Shown in pieces: positions 38,675-50,357 of a stretch of 64,000 bases of DNA (the stretch's first letter is position 1; every line of letters begins with the position of its first letter). The translations under genes were made by a program, and so were the position numbers. The notes under the pieces were generated by a model. The model was given only the letters and a program-made list of their open reading frames with translations. It made no database searches and was not told the origin of the DNA. Origin of the DNA: Felis catus (taxonomy: Eukaryota); assembly GCF_018350175.1 (NCBI RefSeq), contig NC_058369.1, positions 22,012,001 to 22,076,000 of the forward strand, in the 5' to 3' direction.

Positions 38675-39643
38675 ATTATTTATTATTTTTTAAAAACCAT
38701 TTTGTAGTTGGCGGGCCAGTTTTAGCCTGTGGGACTAAGATTGCTCACCCCGGGCTTTTGTCGTGGATGGCTGTAGGGCCTTAACCAACAATCTTTCTTG
38801 ATCATAAGGCTTATTTTCTACTTGTTATGGAGAAACAAAGGCACAAAAGCATCAGAGATTCCAGAAATCCTATGGAGGGTTTGTAGATGAAGGCTGTAAA
38901 CTTATATTTCTTAGATTGTGTAGAGACAGAGGCTGTTTACATGTTTTATCTGAGTTTATCCCCATATTACTTACTCTGTAAACACTTTCATCCTTATTGT
39001 ATGGATAGAAACACTGAGGCACAGAGACAGCTACTAGCATGTCCCAAATCATGACTAAATGGGAGTTTGTATCCAGGCCTGTCCAGCACCAGAGCTGTTG
39101 CTCTTTGCACTCTAGAACAGTGCAGATCTCTGTTCTCCATTTTGACTTGTCTCTGTGCCAAAAAAGGCCTTGTCGGTAACGTATAGGTCATCGAAAGACC
39201 TGGTGTGCAAGACCCCTGTGCTCTGGTCTGGACCCATTCATGAATTATTGCATGAATCAGGGCAAGTCTCTTCATTTCTCTGGGTCCTAGTTTTTCTGCT
39301 TCTATAATAGAGGTTGGACTGGCCAGTGTCTATTCCTCTGTCATTGTGGGTTTGTGGGTTTTGGCAGTAGAGGAAGAGACGATGGTGCCCTTCATCTCTG
39401 GAGGGGCTGGGGAGAGTTGTAGAGAACAAGCCTGGTCTGGGGACTACACTGAGATGACTGTTGATGTAGAGCTCTCTAGCTTCAAAGGGAATCGAGTACA
39501 CATATCCCTTCTTTTTGACCTTCAGTGTTTCACCAGTGTACTCCTAGATTATGCCTTGACTTATTGTTGGCCACATAAGTTCCATTTTCTTTGACCTCTT
39601 ATCAGTGAAAGTCCACAATAATGCTAAAGAAACCAGGGCCCTT

Positions 39644-40483
39644 GGAGCCACACCTACTGAGATTGTTTGTAAGAATCAAGGCAATGTTGGCACATACGCC
39701 TCTTGACAAGAAGAGCCTTGCATTGTTGTTGGTCTTTTTGCATGATTTCCTAAAATACCTGGCAAAGAATGCTGTGTCTCTGTTTACTGCCAGCGATTAC
39801 AAAGGGGTTTTGACGGAGTACCACCTCGAAGTCCTGCAAGGGTCTACTGACCACTCACTGTTATGTCTACTATCTGTAAGCATTCTTTTTGTTCTTAGTC
39901 TTTTTCTTGTATAATTGATGTTCTTTAAAATTGTTAATGTGTAACAGGGCTTATGTTTCAGTTTGTTTTTGGTTCTGTTTTCTGCAAGCTCCTTTTCTTA
40001 TTTTGGAGTTGCTACCAGTGTGCGCAGTAATTAGACAAAGAAGAAACATTGAGTGGAACACCCCATTGCCCAGCTGACAACATTGCTTGAATGCTGGTGG
40101 TTCTATCCCTACACAATTTTTTACTATGTGTTAATGCTATCTGATAAAATGCCCTGATTCCTAGTGCCAAAGTTTCACTTAATGTATATACTTCAAAACC
40201 CATGCATTTGTGCTCCTTTTTTTTTTTTTTTTTTAGTGGTTCTTGAAATAAAATAGCCCATCCTCTGCAAGTCCATCTATATGGTTCCTTGGGCATTCCG
40301 TCTTTGCTCAGATTGTTGAAGGATGGTGGTTTGTCTCATGGTTTTTGTATTGGAGTCTAACACATGTTCTAACATGATAGAGGCAATGCATTATTGTGTA
40401 GCCATGGTTTTCTCCAGAAAACAATTAGGAATTGTATTTCAGATCTTAAATAAAATTGGTTTATAAATTAAAAAAAAAAAAAA
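39644..40483 (+). pseudogene. MORF4L2: 5'-truncated processed pseudogene (retrocopy) of MORF4L2/MRGX: C-terminal MRG domain plus 3' UTR
   Basis: PHLLRLFVRIKAMLAHTPLDKKSLALLLVFLHDFLKYLAKNAVSLFTASDYK..EYH matches the MRG C-terminus; SLFTASDYK favours MORF4L2 over MORF4L1 (TLFSASDYE); long UTR-like tail, AATAAA 40449-40454, poly(A) 40470-40483, degenerate TSD aaaccagggcccttg / aaacatgggccttg. Confidence 0.92.
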
Positions 40484-40649
40484 CAATCCCCCAAAACATG
40501 GGCCTTGATGCAATACTGGTTTACCCTGTTTGATGTCTGGTCTGCCAGTAAAGCACATTTTGAAGACTTTATGGGGTAGTATGGAAGTGCTCATTGCTTT
40601 CTTTGTTCATTCTAGTATTAAAAAAAATCACTTTGACATCGCATGTCTT

Positions 40650-40872
40650 TTCTTTTTTAATTTTTTTTTCAACGTTTATTTATTTTTGGGACAGAGAGAG
40701 ACAGAGCATGAACGGGGGAGGGGCAGAGAGAGAGGGAGACACAGAATCGGAAACAGGCTCCAGGCTCCGAGCCATCAGCCCAGAGCCCGACGCGGGGCTC
40801 GAACTCACGGACCGCGAGATCGTGACCTGGCTGAAGTCGGACGCTTAACCGACTGCGCCACCCAGGCACCCC
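40650..40872 (-). mobile_element. young SINEC_Fc-type SINE
   Basis: about 4 differences from the 26905 copy; TSD gcatgtctt. Confidence 0.97.
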
Positions 40873-41949
40873 TGCATGTCTTAATTGTATAGTTGACTTA
40901 ATGTTCTTTCGAACCCAGGTATGATCTAGCCACTTTGATTTGACCACTGCTTCATTTACCCAAGGCTGAATGGAAGACCATGGGAAACTATAGTGGGAGT
41001 CTGGAAGAGAAAGTCAAGGATATAGCATGACTGCTGAGCCTATTGTAGAATTTGCCTGTTTAGAGATGGAGGAGATCATGTTCTTCTCGTTTTTTATTTG
41101 AGTTGATACTAAAGAATATCTTTAAAATATTTTGGGAGTTCAACTCAAGATATAGTGAAAAGCCACAGACCTATGCTTCCCATGAAATAAATCACCATCA
41201 CCTTTCACTCCCGTGTGCCCTTCCTCATCCCCTTCTCTCTATGCAGAGGAGACCATGATCCAGAATTGCTGCCTATCCTTCTTTGCTTTTCTTTATAGTT
41301 CTACCGCTTAAGTTTTAATTCCTCAGCAGCATATCTTTAGTTTTGCACATTTTGGAAGGTTAGGTATATGGAATGATATTGAATATATTTTGTAACTGGC
41401 AGTTTTCTCTCAATTATATTTCAGAAGCTTATCTGTAATTCACTCGTCTTCCTTATATATTGGAATATACCCCCATCTATTTATACATTTACTGTTGGAT
41501 GTTTGGAAGGTTTCCATTTTTTTCTAGTTCAAATGATGCTACTGTGAGTGGTCTTCTGGATGTCTCTTGGTGCCCATGTGCAAGGGATAGTATGGGGTTG
41601 TGAGGTCATAGGGTGTGTGTATCTTCGTCTTCATTGGATGATACCCAGTTGTTTTCCAAGGGGTTGTACAAATTTATATTTCCCTCCAATAATGTCTGAG
41701 GGCAGTTTGCTTTCATATCCTTGTGAACACTTGATATCACATTTTTTAATTTTTCCAATCTAATGGTTCCAAAATGATGCATCATTGTGGTTTATCATTG
41801 TGCATTTTTCTGAGATCGTCTTTTTATAGAACCATTTAGCTATCTTCTTTCACGAAGTGTCTGTAGACAGTCTCATGACCATTTTCCAATCGGATCATCT
41901 TTTCCTTATTCCCACTAGTCCTTTTGTTTTAAAAATTTTTAACATTTCA

Positions 41950-42309
41950 TTTTTTAAATATAATTTATTGTCAAATTGGTTTCCATACAACACATCACAT
42001 TCCATACAATACCGCACAACAGTGCTCATCCCAACAAGTACCCTCCTCAATGCCTATCACCCACTTTCCCCCCTCCCCCACCCCCATCATCCTTCAGTTT
42101 GTTCTCAGTATTTAAGAATCTCTTATGGTTTGCCTTCATCCCTCTCTGTAACTCTTTTCCCCCTTACCCCTCCCCCATGATCTTCTGTTAAGTTTATCAA
42201 GATCCATGTATGAGTGAAAATATATGGTATCTGACTTTCTCTGCCTGACTTATTTCACTTAGCATAGTACCCTCCAGTTCCATCCACATTGCTGCAAATA
42301 GCCAGATTT
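41950..42309 (-). mobile_element. 5'-truncated felid L1 3' end
   Basis: homologous to the 11817 L1 (tttattgtcaaattgg, gtgctcatcccaacaagt, tatttaagaatctctta, cttatttcacttagcat). Confidence 0.92.
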
Positions 42310-42504
42310 ATTAATTTTTGAGAGACAGAGAGAGACAGAGCATGAGTGGGGGAGGGGCGAGAGAGGGAGACACAGTATTTGAAGCAGGCTCCAGGCTCTG
42401 AGCTGTCAGCACAGAGCCCAACGGAGGGTTTAAACTCCTGGACCGTGTGATCATGACCTGAGCTGAAGTCGGACATTTAATCGACTGAGCCACCCAGGCA
42501 CCTG
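42310..42504 (-). mobile_element. SINEC (tail probably displaced to 41925-41947)
   Basis: antisense SINE body; TSD cccactagtccttt at 41911-41924 and 42508-42521. Confidence 0.92.
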
Positions 42505-42699
42505 TCCCCCACTAGTCCTTTATATGTCCTGGATATTAATTTTTTTTATCCATTACATGTTATACACATATTTTTCCCAGTTTGTGGCTCACCCTTTTGA
42601 TTTCTTTGTGAGGTCTCTTGATGAACAGAGTTCATAATATTCATGGAGCTGACTTTATCCATTTTTTCCTTTGTGAATTTCTTTTTTTTTTTTATTTGA

Positions 42700-42908
42700 C
42701 AAGTCCTACTGGAGCACTTTCTATGTGCTAGACACTTTTCTAAGCACCTTACACATATTTACTCAATTAACCCTCATGATGACGTTAGAGGTAAATATTG
42801 TTATCTCATTGTATAGGTAGGGAACTGAGGTACAGAATGATCAAGTGACTCGCCTGGGTCACCCAGCTAGTAGGTTGTGGAGCCAGGATTTGAACACAGG
42901 CAGTTTGA
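42700..42908 (-). mobile_element. MIR
   Basis: gagcactttctatgtgctagacact...ggaactgaggtacaga...gagccaggatttgaacacaggcagt. Confidence 0.8.
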
Positions 42909-42936
42909 GAAACTCTTGTTTAAGAAATCCCTTCCA

Positions 42937-43146
42937 GGGCACCTGGATGGCCTAGTCAGTTAAGTGTCTGACTTCAGTTCAGGTCATGATCTCAGTTCGT
43001 GGCTTCAAGCCCCGCATCAGGCTCTGTGCTGACAGCTCAGAGCCTGCAGCCTGCTTTGGATTCTGTGTCTCCCTCTCTCTCTCTGCCCCTCCCCTGCTTG
43101 CACTCTTTTTTTCTCTCAAAAATAAACAAATTAAAAAAAAAAAGAA
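42937..43146 (+). mobile_element. SINEC
   Basis: TSD aagaaatcc(c/t)ttcc. Confidence 0.94.
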
Positions 43147-44309
43147 AGAAATCCTTTCCTACCACAATCTCCTGCAGACGATTCTCTTACATTGTTCCCT
43201 GAAACTTAGGAATACAGTCCATTTTTTTTCCCATGTGGATAATCTTTGGTTCCAGCCCAGACCCACTCCTCTACAACACAAGCTCCACCACAAATCACAA
43301 ATCTGTTCGTGAGTTCTCAGTTTAGCTTCAGTGGTGGGTTCGTGCATCCGCACCACACTGTGTTAATTACCATGATTTCTCTGGGAAGTCGTCCTTCCGC
43401 CGTGTTCTAATCCGTCAAGGGTGTCTTGGAAAGTTTCTCACTCTTTGTGCGCAAAACAGCAGGGGAGTTTCTCACTGTAACACTATATTCACATACTGGG
43501 CTTTTGGAAATGATTCGTCATTGCTCTTGTGTTCGCTTGTTTGCTGGAAGTTAAGCGGCCCCAATTTCATTTGATTCGCTCAGTCTCCGTTGATCCTCAG
43601 GCAGACGTCTCCTCCAGTGCGTATCATGGCGGCCTCTGGAAGGCTTTGAGATCTTGTGAGATGGAGGGGAAGGGGAAGGCAAGCAAGGGCAGTGCGGTGG
43701 GTTAACGCTCTCTTCTGTTTAAGTGCACTTACGCTGGCAGTTTCAGAGTGCATGCTGAGGAACTTCAAGAGGCATGTAGAGCCTGCTGTAGTAGGATTCC
43801 TGTAGTTGAAAACCGAGATATTACATCTTATGATTAAGCTGCCTTATTTGACAAGAAAGAGAGGATGGCGTCCAACTGGTCTGAAGTGGCCAATGTACAG
43901 TTTGGTGCTTATGTTGTCTTGATTCTGTTGAAGGAATTGAGCTCGAATGCCTAGCATCTGCGTGGGGAATGTTTCTGCCCCCCAAGTAGTTTATCAGAGT
44001 GCTAGAAATAGAACGTGTGTTACCTATTCAGGCACCCCCTGCTCTTTCCTGGGGCCCTTCTCTCTGAGGGAAGGATTACTGACACTGAAAATGGCAGTCA
44101 CCCTTCAGGTAACACTGGTGCTCTATGTCCTAGCCCTTCCCAACCTGCCTGGCCAAAGCGGAGCAGGCTCTGTGAAAATGATGATTGCTCTTTCTTTCTG
44201 ACAGAGGGGCTGAGAATTTCCACTTCTCTAAGGAAAGTCTGACAGTGTGAAGGCTTCCGGGCCTTCAGGTCATAGCAAGGTCTTACCAGGGACCAGAGAA
44301 ATCGGTCCT

Positions 44310-44745
44310 CTGCCAGTTTCCCCTTCATGCCTTACTCACGCCCCTTCCACTCTGCTCCGGCCACCGTGGCTTCCCTGCTGCTCAGAGTGCCAGGCACACT
44401 TTCACCTCAGGCTTTGACCCTCTCCTTTCTTCTGCCTGGAATGAGCTTCCCCAGATCAGTTCACTCCTACTCGCCCGGGGCTCTGCCCGGATGCCATCTT
44501 CTCAGAGATGGCTTCCCTGACCACTTTTAAAACACCATCTATACCCCCACCCCTGTGTTTTGCCTTCTCTGCCTCATTGCCCATGTGGCCCCTGACATGC
44601 TGTATCGGCTGCTCCCCTGGCCCCTGACCACACACTGGGAGGTTAGCTTGTGGAGGATAGGGACTTTTCCGCCGCTGTATCTTCAGTGCCTAGAACAGTG
44701 CCCGCCACGCAGAGACCGCTTGATTGCTATTAGCTGTGAACGAAG
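44310..44745 (+). mobile_element. L2 3' fragment
   Basis: cactctgctccggccac...ttctgcctggaatg...cttccctgaccac...cagtgcctagaacagtgcc. Confidence 0.75.
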
Positions 44746-45373
44746 CTGCTTGCTGGAGAGAGGTGGGCAGAGGGGACTTCCGGAGCAGACTTGTACCCCA
44801 CCGCCGGCCTTCAGGCCCCTTCCCGAGTTCTCCGGCAGCATCTTGCTTGCCTCCATCAGAAACATGCACCTCTTTCCACGGGTGTTGCTTTCATTACATG
44901 CTAAGCTCCTTGAGGTCAGAACTGGATATTTTTCCCCTTCCTTTAGGGCTGAGGCCCGAGCCTTGCACGCTACCTGAATCATAGTAGGCTCTCTGTCAAT
45001 AGGGTCTTCATAGTGGCTGTCTACCCCAGGGAGAAGAGCAGTAAATTAGGCAACACTGTAATTTCTTATGTAAACTTCTGGCTGAAGTAGCATTTCCACT
45101 CAATTCCTGGAGGTACTTTCCTTGAGTATTGTGTAAGCAAATCCCATTGACTACAATCTTGATGAGAGAGGGGCCAGTCTGTCTTATTCACTGTGGCATC
45201 TGTAGTGCCTCACACAATGCCTGACACCATGCTTGGTAAATGTTTACTAAGAATGCATTGCACAAGTTACCTTTTGCTGACATGAAATTTATTAACAATG
45301 TCAAAACTCCTCTTTAAAATCACCAAAATTATTTACACTCTCCATATAGGATTTATAGGGAACAACAGTTTCT

Positions 45374-45598
45374 TTTTTTTAAAAAAATTCGAAAAAAAGT
45401 TTATGTTTGAGAGAGAGAGAGAGAGAGAACACAAGCAGGGGAGGGACAGAGAGAGATAAAGAGACCCAGAATCTGAAGTAGGCTCCAGGCTCTGAGCCAT
45501 CAGCAGAGAGCCTGACGTGGAGCTCGAACTCATGAACCACAAGATTGTGATCTGAGCCAAATTCAGATGCTTAACCGACTGAGCCACCCAGGTGCCCC
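45374..45598 (-). mobile_element. SINEC
   Basis: TSD ggaacaaca(g/a)tttctt. Confidence 0.94.
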
Positions 45599-46464
45599 AG
45601 GAACAACAATTTCTTATTGTGAAAGAGCCTCTGTTGCCCCCCTGACCTCCTGTGATGTTGAACAAGAAGGCCTAGACAGATGTGCACCCCCTTCTCTATT
45701 CAGGGTGTTCTCAAATGTTCAGAGTCTCCTCTGAGTAATCTGTTACTTTTACTTCCTTTAATGGTGCCCTTGTGACGTTGAACAACTCACCTACCTTCCA
45801 AAATAGAGCTATATTCCTGCTTCCTCCTCACCAGAGAGTTTAGGCCTCAAGTGTTTGATTAATGAGGAATGAGAACCTACAGTTTCAGGATTAAAGAACT
45901 CAAGGGCAGACAGCACCACCACTGATGGAAAACTATTCATAAAAAACCAATAAAGTCAAATATCTATAGTTCAGAACACCCTCACCTAATAATAGCTGCT
46001 TGTGATAAAGAGCAGCCGGTGAGCTAACCTGCATGTAGTCACAGACACATCTTCTATCCGTTGCCTGGGGTGCGGCTGGACCGTGCTTAGGCAGAAGCAA
46101 GTGCCAGAACTTTGGCCAATTTTGCCAGTCAGGGTTGTACCAGGAATTCCTAGAGAATGAGGAGTTGCAGTGTCTGGTTTCTTTCTGACTGGAAGGGGGC
46201 TGGCCTGGGCAGAGCACTGGGCTAGGAGTCAGAGGACCTAGCCTTGTGGCCAGTGTAAGTGATTTAACCCACTCAAGCCTCAGTGTCCTCCCTGAACACA
46301 GGCAGAAACATCATGGGGCAATGTTTGCATCGAGCGTGGGAATGTGAATCTTTGTCTACATTTGTGGCCAGTGAAGTTCTGTGACAGTAAGATGGTAGGG
46401 TAGTGTTGTATACTTTCGTGCCAAGACCCCAGGCTCGTGCACCCACCCCAGGCAGCTAAGTCTT

Positions 46465-47208
46465 TTATTTATTGATTTTTGCATTTTTCTCTTTTTGTAT
46501 TGACACAATGTTACATTCGTTTCAGGTGTACAGGGTAGTGATTCCACCTCCCTATACACTATGCTGTGCTCCCCACAGTGTAGCTGCCATCTGTCATCAC
46601 ACAACACTATGACACTACCACTGACTGTATTCCCCATGCTGTGCCTTTATTTCCATGACTTATTCATTCCATAACTGGAAACCTGTGTCTCCCACTCTCC
46701 TTCACATCCCTCCTCTCTGGCAGCCATCAGTTCTCTGTATTTGTGGGTCTGTTTCTGCTTTTTGTTTGTTTTAGATCCATATGTAAGTGAAATTCTATGG
46801 CATTTGTCTTTCTCTGTCTGACTTATTTCACTTAGCATGACACCATCCAGGTCCATCCAGTGTTTTCACAAAGGGCAAGACTTAATCATTTTTTATGAAT
46901 GAGTAATATTCCAGTGTGTGCGTGTGCATGTGTGTGTGTGTGTACACACACACAACATTTTTATCTGTCCATCTTTATCTGATGGACACTTAGGTTGCTT
47001 CTGTATCTTGGCTGTTGCAAACAATACTGCAGTAAACATAGGGGTGCAAATATCTTTTTGAACTTGTGGTTTCGTTTTCTTTGGGTAAGTACCCAGTAGA
47101 GCTGTTACTGGATCATATGGTAATTCTATTTCTGAGTTTTTGAGGACCCTCCATCCATACTGTTTTCCACAGTGGCTGCATCTGTTTGCATTCCCACCAC
47201 CAGTGCAT
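46465..47208 (-). mobile_element. 5'-truncated carnivore L1 (L1_Carn-like) 3' end
   Basis: minus ORF MDLDGVMLSEISQTEKDKCH (ORF2 C-terminus); tgttttccacagtggctgca...cattcccaccaccagtg. Confidence 0.9.
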
Positions 47209-47299
47209 GGTGGTCTTTAAAAGGACCACTGACCCCAAGTGAGAACTTAATGCCACTGCTACTGATAGTATGTTTAATCTGGTCCATTGTCTCTCATTT

Positions 47300-48500
47300 C
47301 TTGATGCCAATTCCATATATTCTCCTCTCTCCTTAAACCTCCCATACTTCCTTCCCCTCCTCACTCCGTGCTGAAGGCCTTACCACCCATTTTCTTGAGA
47401 AAATTGAAGGTATCAGGAAATGTCTGGTACCTGCAGCCATCTGCCTGCATCGTCCGCAGATGCTGCTGCTTCCCTGTTGCTATGGAGGAACCATCCACGC
47501 CCCTGGCCAAGGCCAGGACTGCCACTCGCACTCTGGATCATGTCCAGCCTTGCCTGCTCAAGTACACGGCACTGCGTCTCTCCTGCTTTGCCACTTTATT
47601 CCTCCGTGCGAGACCTTTGTCACCACTGCACAAACATGCGACCTGCCCTCCATGTAGGTGCAAATCCTTTACCGATCCCTTTTCAGTCCTCTGCTGCTAC
47701 ACCATTTTCCTCTTTTCCTCTATAGCTAAACTTTTCAAATTACTTTCCATATTCCCTGTTGAGTATTTCTCTTCTCCTGTTCCTTTTTGGACTACACTTT
47801 GGCTACCACTAGTCCACACTGCTCCCCTCAACATCACGATTGCTGTTTTTGTTGCTAAACCCAGGGGCCAGTTTTCAGCCCTCACCATGCTCAATTCATT
47901 TGCCACCTGTAACACCCTTCCTCCCTGCTGCCCTGCATTCTTATAGCTTCCAGGACACCGCACTCTCTGGGTTTCCCCTGCCTCACCTGTTACTCCCTCT
48001 CTGTCTGCTTTCCTGATTGTTCCTGGACCCCTTCATGTTGGAGCGCTCTGGGATGGGACATGGTAGGTGGACCTCCCCTTATTTGTGGCAGCCCTCGCTC
48101 CCTCAGGGATCTTTTTTTTTTTTAAGAGAGGGAGGGGGACGGAGGGAGGGGCAGAGGGAGAGAGAGAGAGATGACCCAAGCTGAAATCAAGTCAGATGCT
48201 CAACCAACTGAGCCACCCAGGTGCCCACCCTCCCTCAGGGATCTTACATAGTCTGTGGTTTCAGCAATATCCAGAAGCTGATGTCCTGCATGCCTCCAGC
48301 TCAGGCCTGGCTTCTGCATTCCAAGTTTGTTCCCCTGCCTGCCCTTGAAGGGCCATGTCCCATCCTCCCCACCCTTTGTTTTCTCTAAAACACTTGTCAC
48401 CAACTTGGTGGCTGTCATCTCTGTGTCCACCACTAGAATGGATTCTCTGCAAGGGAAGATTTTTGATCGACTGCTGTAGTGACAGCACCCAAGACTATTA
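47300..48500 (+). mobile_element. L2 fragments
   Basis: pyrimidine-rich L2-like sequence (gttgctaaacccaggggccagttttcagccctca, gcttccaggacaccgcactctctggg). Confidence 0.6.
48114..48227 (-). mobile_element. internally deleted SINEC
   Basis: GA tract joined directly to atgacc...gagccacccaggtgccc; perfect TSD ctccctcagggatctt. Confidence 0.88.
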
Positions 48501-48729
48501 GGTCTCAACATTCAGTGCAGACTGTGATAAGCCATCATCCTCATGCACAGTCTCCACTCTCCCTGCATCCAGTGAGGCTCTAGCTCCACATTGAGGGTCT
48601 GGGTCTTGGAAATATTCATAATAAATCCATCTGGCACGATGATATCATTGTTTCCATATAGCCCTCTTTAACTGAACTCAGACATTTTAGTATGCACTGT
48701 TAAGTATATTCCTTACGAGTGATTTAAGG

Positions 48730-48960
48730 AGGCCATTTAGAGTAGTGGAAAGATCTTTGACTTTACAGCCAGATACTTCTGAGTTTAAATTCTTGTTCTG
48801 CCACTAAATAGCAGAGCCTTCGTCAAAACATAGCAACACTAGGCATTAGTTTTCTCATTTGTGAAGTGAAATGATACTCGTTTCGTAAGACAGTTGGGAG
48901 GAATTGCTGACTGTATGGAATGCGTCTGACATAATTTGGTTAGTGACAGCCATTATGGTT
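48730..48960 (+). mobile_element. MIR
   Basis: ctgagtttaaattcttgttctgccact...agttttctcatttgtgaagtg. Confidence 0.65.
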
Positions 48961-50150
48961 ACTGTCCTTAGCTGCATAGATGATAGTTAGGGTTACTTGC
49001 AATTCTAAAACTTTTGACATAAAAGTTTTTCTGTTTTTCTTTTTAAATGTTGGCAGTTGCTCTTTGGTCAAAAAACATAATTATTTAATAAAACATTGTT
49101 TCTGTGGTAAAAATTAGGCTTGATTTACATTGCTTCAACTTACAGAGTCTTTTTCAGGAATTTATTCTGCTACAGAGTTCAAGGTCTGCCTTTCAGTAAA
49201 ATTTACTTAACCAGAGTGCTTAGGAATGGAATGTTCTGGAGGAATTGAATCTCCTAATTAATGAGAAAGGAACTCATTTTGTGGGGGAGGCTCTTCCTAA
49301 AATGCCTTTATATGTACACTGAGCATAATTCCAAGTGTACAGAGAATGCTCAATAAATACTTGGTTAATTGTCTTGAACTTAGAGACATTAATTTCTATA
49401 CTGATTGTCCTTGAGCAGTGAGCTATAGAAAGTATAAGCGATGGTCCTAAAAACAAGCTTAACATAGGCCTAAAAATATCTTAAAGGAGGTCTTTGGTTT
49501 TGATCCCTAAATGTCAACAGTAGCCACTTTCAGGATAACTATTTATTGATTGTACCTATTTGGATAAGAAGGGTTGCAGGTGACTCCAGTTCAAAGGGAG
49601 CTGAGTGAAGTTGAGGCCATGCACGCCAACATACCCCTCCATGGATATACACGTGCACACATGGACTCTCACACCGTTAAATGGTAACTCGAGAACAAAA
49701 TATCCAGTGCAAGATACAGTCCAGTGCATGTCACTGAGCAATGTGTGGTAGGTACCAAGTGAACAGGATAGATTTAAGGACCGTGATTTCAAAGAAGGTG
49801 TGATTATCAAAGGCTAACCGTGATCAGAGATGGCTTCCTGGGAAAAGTGAGATTAGAGCTGGGCATTGAATTGCCTCTCCTGCTGCAGTTTGCCGGGGTG
49901 GCCCAGACAGGGCCAAGTGGGTGGTGCTCAGCTCAGGCCAGTCCACAGCCACCCCTGGAGGACTGGGGCAAGTCTGGTGATCTCCACACAGCTTTTCATG
50001 TGAGCACAGCTTATGATTCGCTAAGTCATAGCCTCGTTTGCCACTTGTGATTTTGGGTACTTTGTGGACTTTGGGTCAAGATGGGGCCTCTCAAGCTGGG
50101 AGAGGAGGGGAGGGGAGATTTAGGAACAAGTTTATTGTGGGAAAGTGTTT

Positions 50151-50357
50151 TGTTTTTTAATGTTTATTCATTTTTGAGAAAGAAAGGCAGAGTGTGAGTG
50201 GGGTAGGGGCAGAGAGAGAGAGGGGGACACAGAATCTGAAGCAGGTTCCCTGGAGAGCTCAGCACAGAGCCCGGTATGGGGCTCAAACTCATGAACCATG
50301 AGATCATGACCTGATCCGAAGTCGGACGCTTAACCCACTGAGCCACCCAGGCACCCC
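50151..50357 (-). mobile_element. SINEC
   Basis: TSD tgtgggaaagtgttt. Confidence 0.95.

Larger units (their letters stand above)
38070..38752 (-). mobile_element. MER58B-like hAT element interrupted by two SINECs and (TTA)n
   Basis: aagggccaaatagtaaa...ggctgtgttccagtaaaactt...gggccagttttagcctgtggg...ttgctcacccc; opposite orientation to the 15104 copy. Confidence 0.8.
41130..42690 (-). mobile_element. old L1 (L1ME-like) 3' region hosting younger insertions
   Basis: ttttccaaggggttgtacaaatttatatttccctccaa...tttttcccagtttgtggct...tcttgatgaacagagttc. Confidence 0.75.

Noticed and set aside
39621..39914. Functional MORF4L1/MORF4L2 gene
   Set aside because: Only the C-terminal part is present, with many substitutions, a lost stop codon, a genomic poly(A) tail and a TSD.
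46914..46953. (TG)n/(CA)n inverted repeat able to form a hairpin
   Set aside because: Common microsatellite expansion at this position in L1 3' ends; no evidence of function.
47368..47946. Longest ORF (192 aa)
   Set aside because: Non-ATG start, lies over L2-like pyrimidine-rich sequence, and has no recognisable domain.
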